A DNA stretch of 60,484 bases, taken from the IMG/VR virus record IMGVR_UViG_3300032213_001151, positions 1 to 60,484 of that record; one strand, given 5' to 3'. Source of the DNA: a virus. Taxonomy: Duplodnaviria; Caudoviricetes. The translations under genes were made by a program, and so were the position numbers. The notes below the pieces were generated by a model, which was not told the origin of the DNA, searched no databases, and saw only the letters and a list, made by a program, of their open reading frames with translations. This document shows, in pieces, positions 42,801-50,095 of this stretch (position 1 is its first letter; every line of letters begins with the position of its first letter).

Positions 42801-44430
42801 ACGTACTGATGTATTGGGTGAAATTGAATTGAACTATGATTTCTCAGATGTAGTCGAGAGTCATTTCGTTACAATGGAGAAGTACAAAGCATATGCAGCA
42901 GGTGTTAAAGAGCTTAATGCTATATTCCAAAATCCTGCATTCAATGTTCTTCTTGAAGAGTCAGGGCTGAAGTCAGTTGTAAAGCGTTCAGTAAACTTTG
43001 CGATTACGCCAAATGCAGGACAGCAAGAAGAGCAAACCGCACTTGGTAAACTGATGACTAAGTTCACAGGGTTTGCCCTTGCGTTTAAAGCCATTCAGAT
43101 TGTAAAGCAAGCAACTTCTTTCATCAACGCATATGAGGATTACAGCTACTTCCCTGCTGACTCTAAGCTACCGGGGATTGTAAAGGGACCTGTTGACTTA
43201 ATGATGTTCATGGTTGATAGCGCAAAAGTTATTGCCACTCTTCCAAAGCAAATTCGCAAAGCATATGGTATGTCTGCTAACGTAAGAGACCGTATGCTAA
43301 AAGGTATTGAGGGGGATGTATATGGTCTTGAGTCAGGCTCAAGCGTATTCTCTTCTATAGATAAGCGAACAGATATATGGGCACGTGCAGTACGTGCGTT
43401 TAAGACGGGAGCTGCGGGACCAACTGTGCTTGGTGACATACTCGGTGTTATGGGATACATGGTTAACTATAACCGTAACATTGCAAATGGCATGAGTCCT
43501 GATGCTGCATTAGAAGCGTTCAACAACTACAACGCAACAGCACAAAGCCGAAGGGGTACAGAGAAGTCATCCATTCAGCAGAACAGTTCTGAGTTGGCAC
43601 GTGCATTCACAATGTTCGGAAGCACAACATTCCTACAGATAAATAAAGTTCTCGAAGCACAGACAAATATATTCCGTGCATTGAAGGAAGGCAAGATGCC
43701 AAATGCAAAAGACATTCGTGCTTTCGCTATTAACCTTGGTCTCACCAACGCATTGTTCGTTGGCACTGCAAACATTGCTAAGTTCATTAAGGGTGATGAT
43801 GATGACCGTGAAGAAGCATTGAGACAAATGAAGAGGGCGTTGGTTGGTCTTAACCTAATTGAGTCTATACCTTTAGTTGGAGCAGCAGTTGAGACAGCTC
43901 TTGCTCACATTGAAGGAGAGAAGAAGAGAGGTGGAGATGCTGTTGTAAATCCATATATGCAGGTATACAATAAGATTCGCAAAGCATCAGAGGATGGTAT
44001 TGGATTCAAATCATTACAGCCAATAGCTGAGATAGTTATAGGTGCTCAGCTTGACCCATTCATAGGTTTGTATAATGGTGTTGCAGATGGGTTTGATGAA
44101 GAGGCAGTATATGACCTTCTCGGTATCAGCAAATCATATCGTCCAACAGAGGAGAAAGACACCAAGTCAAGTGCTCCAAAGGATATGACCAAGGAAGATA
44201 TGAAGCGATACTTCCCTGAGATGTACGAGCAAATGTATGGTCCCGGCTCTCCACTATATGATTATGAGCAGGAGATGAGAGACATGGAGAAGATGGAAAG
44301 AGAGCAGCTACAGCAGGAGAAAGACTTGATATATGGCTACGATGAAGATGCATCCAAATCAGATGGCACTGTATGGAGCAAGAAGAAGTCAACCAATAAG
44401 AAAGAATCAGGTACAGTTTGGGGTAAATAA
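33868..44430 (+). CDS. Giant multidomain (polyvalent-type) virion protein with GNAT and zincin-like motifs
   Basis: 3520 aa; EGKGIGSKLL GNAT motif A, FRAVHDFFGH, IHEFGH; TAACTTTG at 33856-33863. Confidence 0.8.
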   Translation: MDELKKLYDGLVEDGSYTKTFEEFQKQFQDASYRDRLYNGLVTDGLYTKSKDEFLRKYAVGPSKSIIEPVKKKETPAPISGSEFLSGIGSSESSDTEAYKFNPAAKPAAKPPVTPAEDFISSRAPKPTKDYVYTPTITLPEGYVPAPETPEVVARDNTRIVATDFGAPQALEKHEAFIAETNKLKEQAKKIERAKAQEEEQLIKSRNAAANQDAQFQEYLQGIDANLIDKVEEDVVPELNKKFNPYGFHFEEAVAGGDAMYVRTADGKHELLIPLDPFTTSQEVATSKQLRDFLTQYAQGREEVKSEDYINKALRAQNMRDVGMRNDDGTYSTVKFTSFEENGKYFVVPTLFPKDPNATYTTNKSDWIELPFEQAVAEARKRGEIFQFDSDQEAKGFAQGDWKGINAFDVEGQAFYKEKGLDYYAEKKKYENYTKLQDELDFLDNILGGGITPQQDKIDNPEYFAPDGRGLYTKEELEQKRAEVLKKKDSLLEQVYDIEVMGVGDGPVQKTREDFDVVLNKRQNEIAGEAIKMNAAATDEYKALDETSMALYNVPIEKIGTIIPKTAKDAENIKNLTAQLVKVNAAKKDAALRFETAKTYYDAKWNKAASSEYEENWAGFTTSVADAWNNGQAAEQIMLLTLGVKNAEDIKDRQEAARIIAENLLDVSGKQSRALTRLNLARDGEWSKTLLADPFEATATFVASSLTQMLPYASYIVPSATAAGAATGAVAGLMGGPFAEVTVPGGAIAGATQGLRLGMTAVSFGTEYTNSILDVMREKGYDLLDPKQVEAALSDESVWAEGSQLGISRGIPIAVVDYLSSGLAGRVFKTSKLASMPVKLGAMAAERAVFDPAAEALGEYAAQTVAGQDINFKEIAYEALGGLGNNTSHMAVNLYREARNNSNADLAYELTDINTVANERVSDEKISSWANNMHKLGKIDADVNQRIQENVGLRREARDLTSVGTTSRLIGDGKKVEARVMQLLSARNELSSTQNRKEINGDKIRAINKEIATISETKKLLPDNKDVAGDGVTTAVNLDAIIGTERQGVSLYKIGGKTFTREQFLSELDKMKNRRLLRARVDIKNDEEAIKIYNNKLNNAIQKQSPSAISIQSETGVSKTVEEGKPQTELEVTTEETQVTVPKEEVAKAEEDLVSSKTRLDELADAIPQRIDYTEDDLTNFDALEQQKADGVITALAEKVAEGTKLSTTEKQVYNANKEKVDGVSQLVAEKTSIEEEVADLEAMLKPRAEFRAEERVVPAKIENAITEDGEVDFEAEDQVRKIANERNIGITRDREIAYVARDEQGNVVGGAFTSYDNQTGKYTFDVVVTKEAEGKGIGSKLLDAVQNIPSDIAEMNPDATVEVDVVNPQMQRMLSKRGFEVSEKIGEERVLMVPGKKSKTEFRAEETTAEAPIDEVEAITDAINQIVSGNVSTELAPESTEGTVDVTDLSKRTGQAVPTVSFKIVEGVPVIFTISDQLTTGEIVNPQTGRAIGNLMGGIGFNFMNQNAAWAYTTEKKASESLKKAKKVYKENKQTIEEFWKNNPEYNGLVPMMVVKMGEGSILSNEATARVLSDNIQEFPEANRKRALAVLQKELTNEIKSLTKRADAAKSVLTKRNYQKEASGYQNILDLIAKNNIQTIEQLLAPEVFTQIENLNARKDIVNMIGYGKPNLPREKKAMSKPTKNSLVARAIIGIPANQEVKDINPNKRYELLNLGEVTNTITESTIADISNRSIVSIVGVDVLNPRILNTENGDFNHPNYQYGLAGKSIGILQEPISIVKAYPEAYNLALKGLIKEESKFVKPIKDGKKIVKPGNRLFNQSIPEASEIADRYYERTYGRKRPRYYGSRSIDKARAKRIADSFAKMADNPTAPDVKKAYEAMARETLEQYKYMLDAGYVVEINNNEPYGNSREMVDDLRNNKRMKIFSTESGFGDEKITPEQREKNVLLRESGFYDINGETLLVNDVFRAVHDFFGHSELGNSFGAIGEENAWNVHARMYSPLARQAMTTETRGQNSYVNFSGVNERVDAMRQEAAVLRDQGKIKEAEAIVNKIYEEISFAEQKQGILPKEFSDVDLNDTGDKEFQPASVESILTKAVGVQNGLTQGEFIAAVAEGDISNATKLANFLSLSFPSVTVSTDKVSFNNVMSQVGTEAYMVGDQIIYGVTVDGDIYINPDVHNTESSLFNTTIHEFGHVWTDYLQTSKKGKQLYERGVQLVEEGIANDAKVKEIFDAQMKKYPGDRARAINETMAILIGNKGEVITNAAIKSKFKEWLLGMWRYVKETFKMSKDLSVEEIQNLTLDQFIGTALADIFSGEEIKLSEAQQKQLKNPDAMFSSTQSMQSIIQQARANGFSDAAIKQVLLNRGFKASDINNALVIPIDVDTNLPREFADIDGGVQKGLQLFNDVRIELQRFAHMGPRGGIRKEVTKTMAQIREKAIELLKSHPIYQAQSDTVQMELISAFDRTLGTAANANVTRQITAIRNNLRQRKIGARELQQAKIAVKNMIRSVLPKSDTYSQAQINRLISIIANSTEDTILADTDKVMKIVEQQRAKMKTSVLKQMLELVNKKAKAAMTTTGKRRSKGLDPEGQAFFAQVKPILRAVINNDIEFMIKLADELAKADADGSINDALIKQNRGEQLTVQEQALLNKAYAFDTFGDLMSMELEDVQQLLDELVDARAESIKRLNTRREVRALKYAALNAEASAQVSELNPELFVEEIDANGNVTVRPKTRNELVQDRAAIRKAFQGGKIWSGFKQLVARWDYTTITGIKDFMRKRILHLGSLMNLFDNDAKGMAFFRDNIYRPLNRMDEKSKLGYFLEMQNLDSIANSIPGITKGYKQIRNMLQTGIHEFTINGKTDIYNADKLLRIYALSLNDVQREKLRKMGWDDAQIQKIKDIVGPEPIAFAEKLVDYFSNDYYESVNNVYSNVNDVNLGYVPNYFPTITQAQKVGSKLLEDGDFNGIFNAETAPALKERTDVLGEIELNYDFSDVVESHFVTMEKYKAYAAGVKELNAIFQNPAFNVLLEESGLKSVVKRSVNFAITPNAGQQEEQTALGKLMTKFTGFALAFKAIQIVKQATSFINAYEDYSYFPADSKLPGIVKGPVDLMMFMVDSAKVIATLPKQIRKAYGMSANVRDRMLKGIEGDVYGLESGSSVFSSIDKRTDIWARAVRAFKTGAAGPTVLGDILGVMGYMVNYNRNIANGMSPDAALEAFNNYNATAQSRRGTEKSSIQQNSSELARAFTMFGSTTFLQINKVLEAQTNIFRALKEGKMPNAKDIRAFAINLGLTNALFVGTANIAKFIKGDDDDREEALRQMKRALVGLNLIESIPLVGAAVETALAHIEGEKKRGGDAVVNPYMQVYNKIRKASEDGIGFKSLQPIAEIVIGAQLDPFIGLYNGVADGFDEEAVYDLLGISKSYRPTEEKDTKSSAPKDMTKEDMKRYFPEMYEQMYGPGSPLYDYEQEMRDMEKMEREQLQQEKDLIYGYDEDASKSDGTVWSKKKSTNKKESGTVWGK
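37163..37306 (+). CDS. Nested +1-frame small basic protein (47 aa)
   Basis: MPFKSKAQVRFLFSQKPELAKRWRKENPKQNLKSLPKKLKSQSQKKK with an A-rich initiation region. Confidence 0.6.
   Translation: MPFKSKAQVRFLFSQKPELAKRWRKENPKQNLKSLPKKLKSQSQKKK
37327..37342. repeat. 16-bp palindrome site 7 (GTGTCTTCAAAGACAC)
   Basis: Inside the giant gene, read as VSSKT. Confidence 0.95.
37613..38087 (+). repeat. 19-bp direct repeat CAGAGTTCCGTGCTGAAGA (37613-37631; 38069-38087)
   Basis: Exact copies 456 nt apart flanking the GNAT domain. Confidence 0.85.
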
Positions 44431-44433
44431 AAA

Positions 44434-44457
44434 GTGAGTGTCTTTGAGGACACTCAC
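44434..44457. terminator. Hairpin at the convergence of both transcription units, built on palindrome site 8 (44438-44453)
   Basis: GTGA-GTGTCTTTGAGGACAC-TCAC; T-run follows on the - strand. Confidence 0.75.
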
Positions 44458-44876
44458 ACATACCTTATATACTTCAAGGCTTTCTGCTTATCGTAATATA
44501 CCATTAGCTCTACATCATAGAGTGCTCCTTCTCGTGGGGTACGACCACCTACTCTCAGAGTTCCTTGTAAATCTTTTAGCTTACCATAGATGATGCCATC
44601 ATCACAAGCCCATATCACTGTTGGGTTCAGCATCTTGCTCCAAAGTTTGAATACTTTCTGTACCGATATGGGTAGAGGGTAGGCTTGAGCCATGTTCTTG
44701 AGCCTACCCTTTACCTCAACGTATGCGATTAATGTATTGTCCTTGTCGAATATCCTGAAGTCTATGTCATCAGGGCTGAGCTTCTCAAACCTGCATTTGA
44801 ATACTGATGTGAATCTTTCAATGGCTTTCCTCTCACGGATTAAATCCTGCTCTGTCTCAAAACTTTTTGTCTCCAT
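44454..44876 (-). CDS. PD-(D/E)XK-type nuclease-like protein
   Basis: IDF...YVEVKGR. Confidence 0.7.
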   Translation of the reverse strand: METKSFETEQDLIRERKAIERFTSVFKCRFEKLSPDDIDFRIFDKDNTLIAYVEVKGRLKNMAQAYPLPISVQKVFKLWSKMLNPTVIWACDDGIIYGKLKDLQGTLRVGGRTPREGALYDVELMVYYDKQKALKYIRYV

Positions 44877-45105
44877 TGTCTCTTAATGATTCAAGATATT
44901 CAATTGCTGTATCGACCTCATCCTTGAAGTCTTGGTATTCCCTATCGACAAGGTGCTCATAGATATTGTTAACGCATTGATGAATCCTATTCGTATACGC
45001 CAATATGTCGCCTGCACGTTTCACTTCTCGTGCTCTTGACTCTGATTCCGGAACGCTTGTTACGAAAACCAATATCAACTGATTCGGATTCTTTTTAGCT
45101 TTCAC
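44857..45105 (-). CDS. Hypothetical protein
   Basis: 82 aa, coupled to neighbours. Confidence 0.65.
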   Translation of the reverse strand: MKAKKNPNQLILVFVTSVPESESRAREVKRAGDILAYTNRIHQCVNNIYEHLVDREYQDFKDEVDTAIEYLESLRDNGDKKF

Positions 45106-45341
45106 CCTCGATGAACATCAACTTTAACCCCATGATTTTCGATTTCCATAATACGGTATTTTTGTAGAGGAGAGAGCTTTCCCTTCTCAGACTTCACTTC
45201 TATGAATAGAACATCAGAGTCTTTCGGGATAGCTATTAAGTCAGGGATTCCGTTCTTGTTGGTCTTCGTCAGTTTGATAACGTAGTAGCCTTGGTCCTCA
45301 AGCTCCTTAATCTTCTTGGATTGTATCTGCTGTTCAGTCAT
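45102..45341 (-). CDS. VRR-NUC / Holliday-junction resolvase-like nuclease
   Basis: E..IQ, GIPDL, FIEVK, GKLSPLQ. Confidence 0.9.
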   Translation of the reverse strand: MTEQQIQSKKIKELEDQGYYVIKLTKTNKNGIPDLIAIPKDSDVLFIEVKSEKGKLSPLQKYRIMEIENHGVKVDVHRG

Positions 45342-45357
45342 GATAGTTGAGAACCGA

Positions 45358-46836
45358 TTACAATATTAGCAAATCTCTTTTAAAGTGAGAAACAGTGTAG
45401 TCCTTTTTCTTGGACACAGCCTTATGTATCAGGTCCTCAATGCCACCGTTTGAGAATATCCAATACACCTCATTCTCAAGCCTGTCCTTGGTTGTCATCC
45501 TATCACGGCTCTGCCAATAGCTCGTGGCACTGAAGTCAATGTTGTAGTACACGAGACACTCAGCCTTCTTCAATGATATACCTTCTCTGCCTGAGACAAT
45601 CTGCAATGCTATGCTCTTGTCGGTGTCTTCAAAGACACTTAGCTCGGTGGTCAATGAGTCTCCGAATACCTGCTGCAATGCATTGAGTTCTTCTTTGAAC
45701 TTGTAGAAGATACCAATCTTGCGGTACTTGAACCGTTCCTTTATGTACTTTGCTTTGCTCAGGTCAACCACCATTGACTTACCACTCTCAAACTTTATGG
45801 TCCCGCTGTACAGTTGGTGAAGCTTGCTCATGAGTTTCACCGGTGTATCACCCAATATCACCTCTGACTTACCACTGATGACCAAGTCCTTCTTCAATCT
45901 TGAAATCAACTTATAGGTTGATTCCTCTAAGTCTACCCGCAGAATCTCCTCGGTTGTCTTTACTACAAACCCTGAGTCCTGCTGCGACCACCTGATTGTG
46001 TATGGAAGCATCGCATCAATGATGGTCTGATGCCCATTTGAGTAGTCGTTCACAATCATCCCGTTTATTTTCTTCTGCGTTTTATTAACGTAGTCATCAG
46101 CAAAACGGTAGAAGTTGCTGTACTTCTTAAATGGATTACTTCCAATGCCATAGACTTGATGAAACATTTGAGAGTATGACTCAGGGGTTGGTGTACCTGA
46201 CAGCAGTATCACTCTGCTGTTTGAGTCTCTCACCAAGTCTCTAACTTGCATAGCTCTAAGACTTGGCTTTGGGAAAGCTCCCATGCTGTGCGCCTCATCG
46301 CATATGATGACATCCCACTTTACTTGAGGCAGCTTGTGTATGCTCTCGTAGTTCATAACGAACAATGCATATGACGGGCATAGCTTGTCTGCGTCTTGTG
46401 TGATTGAGCTGATGGCTTTCTTCTTGGTCAGGAACAGAACGTGCTCTACGTTTGGTAGGTTGTCGCAGATGCTAAGGCTCGTCAAAGTCTTACCTGTTCT
46501 GACTTCCATCGCAAGGTATACAAATCCATGTTCGTTAATTATTTCTGATGCTTTTGAGACGATACTCTTTTGGTAGTCTCTTAATTCAATTTGATTATTC
46601 ATTTCGTGTTCGTGTAATTTTTTATAGTACTCTATACTTCTCTCCAATCTATCTACTACATCTTTGGCTACATTATGCTTTAGGACCCTCTCTGTTAAAC
46701 TTTTATTACCCCTGCGTACCTTCACCTCTCTCGTGTCCATAATAATGCCGTAGAGGACCTCGCATCGCTTTAGCATATCAAGGTTAGAGTACGCAGGGAT
46801 TCTTTCAATAAGGTCCATGCCTTTGTAGTCCATCAT
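45358..46836 (-). CDS. SF2 (SNF2-like) helicase
   Basis: RTGKT, DEAH, SGTP, GREGISL, QSRDR. Confidence 0.9.
   Translation of the reverse strand: MMDYKGMDLIERIPAYSNLDMLKRCEVLYGIIMDTREVKVRRGNKSLTERVLKHNVAKDVVDRLERSIEYYKKLHEHEMNNQIELRDYQKSIVSKASEIINEHGFVYLAMEVRTGKTLTSLSICDNLPNVEHVLFLTKKKAISSITQDADKLCPSYALFVMNYESIHKLPQVKWDVIICDEAHSMGAFPKPSLRAMQVRDLVRDSNSRVILLSGTPTPESYSQMFHQVYGIGSNPFKKYSNFYRFADDYVNKTQKKINGMIVNDYSNGHQTIIDAMLPYTIRWSQQDSGFVVKTTEEILRVDLEESTYKLISRLKKDLVISGKSEVILGDTPVKLMSKLHQLYSGTIKFESGKSMVVDLSKAKYIKERFKYRKIGIFYKFKEELNALQQVFGDSLTTELSVFEDTDKSIALQIVSGREGISLKKAECLVYYNIDFSATSYWQSRDRMTTKDRLENEVYWIFSNGGIEDLIHKAVSKKKDYTVSHFKRDLLIL
45623..45638. repeat. 16-bp palindrome site 9 (GTGTCTTCAAAGACAC)
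   Basis: Inside the helicase gene, read as VFEDT. Confidence 0.95.
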
Positions 46837-49253
46837 ATGTCAATGGTCTGTTGGTAGTCCAACTCTGTTCTTCTGCGGATACGAATCCATCTTCCTTGTT
46901 GGTCTCGTCCCTCTTCAGGTGGTACACCTTCCTTGAACATTGCATATGATATGAGCCATTTGTAGAATCGGGTACGGCTGATGGTCATCTTAGCCTTTGG
47001 TCCGTAGTCAGGATACTCAGTGATGAACTCCATGTAAAGGTCCTGCTTGTACCTTCTTTCCCCCGGCTCAAGCATACGGTTAGGCTCAGCGTTGTCTACC
47101 AATCCACACCATTCAATAAAGTCATGGCAAGTCTCTGCGGATAGTTGGCGAATCTTCAGGTTCACGAACTTAGACTTCACAAGACCTGTGTTCAGGTATC
47201 CTTGCAGGCAACCAATCATGTAGTTGTCGAACTGACACCACTCCTCATCATCCCAATCACCGAACATCAACTTACCAAACTCATCCAATGGCGTGAAGTT
47301 CTTGGAGTAGTATTGGTGTAGCTCAAGCTCCCACTTCCTACGTGCGAATGAATTACCTGCACCCTTGATAGCATAGTTGGTGGTGATGGCAATCTTCGGT
47401 GACTTACTGAATGGTATCTTGATTGCGTCCTTGTTCTTCTTCTCAAGAGTAAGACCCTCAGTAACCACACTGAACAATCGTTCAAAGTCAAAGTGCTTCT
47501 TCACATCATCGAAGACAAGTATCTGTGTATCGGCACTAACCAATTGGTATGCGAATGACCTCTCAAAAGTGAATGACTTACCGTCAATTGTAACGACCTT
47601 TTTCATTTGGCTCAGTGCATTCATGAACAGACCTTTACCCGTACCGCCTTCAGGGTTGTCGCTGATTACCTCATCATTGAGTATCACTGCGGGGCAGTAG
47701 GACAAGTTCTTGTGTGCGTGTAGCAGGAACCCAATCGTTGACTCCATCGAGTGCACACGTGTCATGTCACCACCACATACGTTCTTCACGAATACTCTGA
47801 AGTTACATCTGTCGGTCACTGTGCATCCCGTGAAGTTCCTATCTATCACGTGGTCTTTCCACACGTAACCACCAAGGTCAAGGTAGTCGATTGGTGTTAT
47901 CTCATCCTTGCTAATCTTCACCGCACAGTTTCTGTAGTACAGATAGGACGAGTTCTTTGTATCCTCGATGAAGTAAATATCGATTGTGTTCAGCATCGAT
48001 AGGAACTCTTCTTTGAAGAACCTTGTGTTGTCAGCGAAGTAGTTGTACACTGAAGGGTCATCCAACTCCATCAGGTGACTCAGGACGAAGTCCTTGATTT
48101 CTTTCTCTGATGTATGGTCTATCAGGTTATTGGTAACCTTAACGAACACGTAGTTCTTACCACCTTCAGGGCAGTACTTGTAGAAGCCATTGTCTTCTAA
48201 GAAGTGCTTGAAGAGTATGTGCTCAACCTTTACGACACCCTTATCGTTCTTTGTCCAAAAGGTTTTCTTTGCATTGTCCTCTTCGATTTTATTCAGGACC
48301 GCTTCAATTGTATCGGAATCCAAGTCTGAGTCCTGCAACTGACTCCGAACTTCCTTTTTTGATACGCCTCTTCTGAGCTTTGCTCTTATCGAATTCACAC
48401 GTTCCTCGTCCTCATAGTACTTGGTCCCGAAGTTGTGTGTTCTTGAGTAGGCTGAGTCAATCGTTCTCTGTATCTCGGTGAGTGAGAAGTCATCGCTTAC
48501 GTACTGATTGAGTATGTATGCAGCAAGGCTCTTGTTCACACCGAAGTCATTGAATGCAGATGCAAGAATGAATACGTTTGCATTGCGTTGACCATCTACC
48601 ATTGGGTACTTCTTTGTCCACCACCTTACAAGAATCTCCACTATCTTATTCTCGTCTGTGATTGGAATCGTAGGTGAGTCTCTGTGTTTAACCACCTCAT
48701 TGTACTCTGCCTCTTCAATGGTGTCCCATACTGATGAGTTCTCGTTGATGTAAATCAGTGGGTCAAATGATTCGTAGCACACCCGGCTGATGTTCTTTGA
48801 TGTCTTGTCAAAGTATGGTGAGTTGAAGTACTTATCAAGGCTGTTGAAATAGTTGGTGTGCCCATCTATATCTTCGGGTATCTTTACCAATACCTTTAGC
48901 CCATTGCCCGAAGGGCTGATGAATACTGAGTACACATACTTGTTCTTGGTGAGCATCTCTTTGTCTTGAAGCAATTCCTTTTGGCGTTCATAGCCATCAA
49001 AGTCTAAGCATATCAAACCTGAGTGCTCGATGATTGCATTGTCTGCTCTCTTGTTGAATGTCCCACTAAAGCAAATAGCAGGCAGGTCTTTCTTCAGTTC
49101 GTTCCTTTCTTGCTTACGCTTCTCAGAACGAATCTTCTTTACAAGGTCTTTGGACGCACCGTCCTTAATCCTCTCAAGGATTTTGATTACTTCACGATGG
49201 AAGGGAGTACTTGTCTCCTTAATGTTTTGGAATATTGTTATTTTGTTTGGCAT
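46833..49253 (-). CDS. Primase-helicase (VirE_N/BT4734-like primase, PriCT, P-loop helicase)
   Basis: HSGLICLDFD, SPSGNGLK, GQRN, GGTGKG, LVFDD, TTNY; start set at MPNK. Confidence 0.85.
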   Translation of the reverse strand: MPNKITIFQNIKETSTPFHREVIKILERIKDGASKDLVKKIRSEKRKQERNELKKDLPAICFSGTFNKRADNAIIEHSGLICLDFDGYERQKELLQDKEMLTKNKYVYSVFISPSGNGLKVLVKIPEDIDGHTNYFNSLDKYFNSPYFDKTSKNISRVCYESFDPLIYINENSSVWDTIEEAEYNEVVKHRDSPTIPITDENKIVEILVRWWTKKYPMVDGQRNANVFILASAFNDFGVNKSLAAYILNQYVSDDFSLTEIQRTIDSAYSRTHNFGTKYYEDEERVNSIRAKLRRGVSKKEVRSQLQDSDLDSDTIEAVLNKIEEDNAKKTFWTKNDKGVVKVEHILFKHFLEDNGFYKYCPEGGKNYVFVKVTNNLIDHTSEKEIKDFVLSHLMELDDPSVYNYFADNTRFFKEEFLSMLNTIDIYFIEDTKNSSYLYYRNCAVKISKDEITPIDYLDLGGYVWKDHVIDRNFTGCTVTDRCNFRVFVKNVCGGDMTRVHSMESTIGFLLHAHKNLSYCPAVILNDEVISDNPEGGTGKGLFMNALSQMKKVVTIDGKSFTFERSFAYQLVSADTQILVFDDVKKHFDFERLFSVVTEGLTLEKKNKDAIKIPFSKSPKIAITTNYAIKGAGNSFARRKWELELHQYYSKNFTPLDEFGKLMFGDWDDEEWCQFDNYMIGCLQGYLNTGLVKSKFVNLKIRQLSAETCHDFIEWCGLVDNAEPNRMLEPGERRYKQDLYMEFITEYPDYGPKAKMTISRTRFYKWLISYAMFKEGVPPEEGRDQQGRWIRIRRRTELDYQQTIDI

Positions 49254-49429
49254 ATCTGTGTCGTTTTGTTGTCGATTTAAGCTTCGCAAGCTACTGATAA
49301 ATAAGGACTGTGTCAATTATGTCAATTATTTTTTTCTCTTATAATAAATAAAAAAATAATAATAATAGAATATATATATATATATAGATAGGGGGATATT
49401 CAATTGTCATTCTGTCACAGTTAGATGGT

Positions 49430-49467
49430 AAAAAAAGGGGAGCACGTACTCCCCTTTCATTTACGCA
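49430..49467 (-). terminator. Intrinsic terminator after SSB
   Basis: AAAGGGGAG/CTCCCCTTT stem with T-run on the - strand. Confidence 0.8.
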
Positions 49468-49476
49468 GATGTTTTC

Positions 49477-49767
49477 TTAGAATGGTATGTCATCATTATC
49501 CGCAGCTTTCGGTGGCTGAGGAGCAGATTGAGGAGCATTGCTGCTGTTACCATTCTTTGGTTCATAGGTATCCAACTCCATGTATGGATTGCCTGAACGA
49601 CCATAGAGAATGTTTAGGTTTACCCAACCGGCTTTCTCGTAGGTCTTTAAGAAGGTGATGGCTTCATCTACCTTGATTGACATTCTGCCCACTACAAACT
49701 CAGGGGCGTTTTCTCTCCGTTCAAAACGGAAACCTTCAGCGAAGATTTTTTCTTTTTGATTTGACAT
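49477..49767 (-). CDS. Single-stranded DNA-binding protein candidate
   Basis: C-terminal DNDDIPF tail; start set at MSNQ. Confidence 0.75.
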   Translation of the reverse strand: MSNQKEKIFAEGFRFERRENAPEFVVGRMSIKVDEAITFLKTYEKAGWVNLNILYGRSGNPYMELDTYEPKNGNSSNAPQSAPQPPKAADNDDIPF

Positions 49768-49786
49768 ATGTTTTTTGTTTAGGGTT

Positions 49787-50095
49787 TTATTCTTGTTCAA
49801 GTATATCCAACATCTTACGCAGGCATCCAAGTTGTGCTTTTTCTTGTGAGCTAAACTCTTCAACTTCCAAAGAGAACTCATAGAACGGAGTCATCATATC
49901 TCGTCCATAGATTCTATAGGTCCAATGTGTCTCGTCATCTATGAATACAACCATGCATATCAAGCCATGATTTTTCAGTATCCAATTGAATGCTTGCTGA
50001 TACAGTGGTCTGTGGTAGTATGGTATCAATGGACCATCGTACTTCAGCAGCACGAGCCTTGCATACTCTTTCTTAGGTACAAAGTATTCATTCAT
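49787..50095 (-). CDS. Hypothetical protein
   Basis: 102 aa; PLYQQAFNW. Confidence 0.7.
   Translation of the reverse strand: MNEYFVPKKEYARLVLLKYDGPLIPYYHRPLYQQAFNWILKNHGLICMVVFIDDETHWTYRIYGRDMMTPFYEFSLEVEEFSSQEKAQLGCLRKMLDILEQE

Noticed and set aside
33868-44430. Virion RNA polymerase
   Set aside because: No catalytic DxDxD-type motif seen, and early genes have host-type promoters
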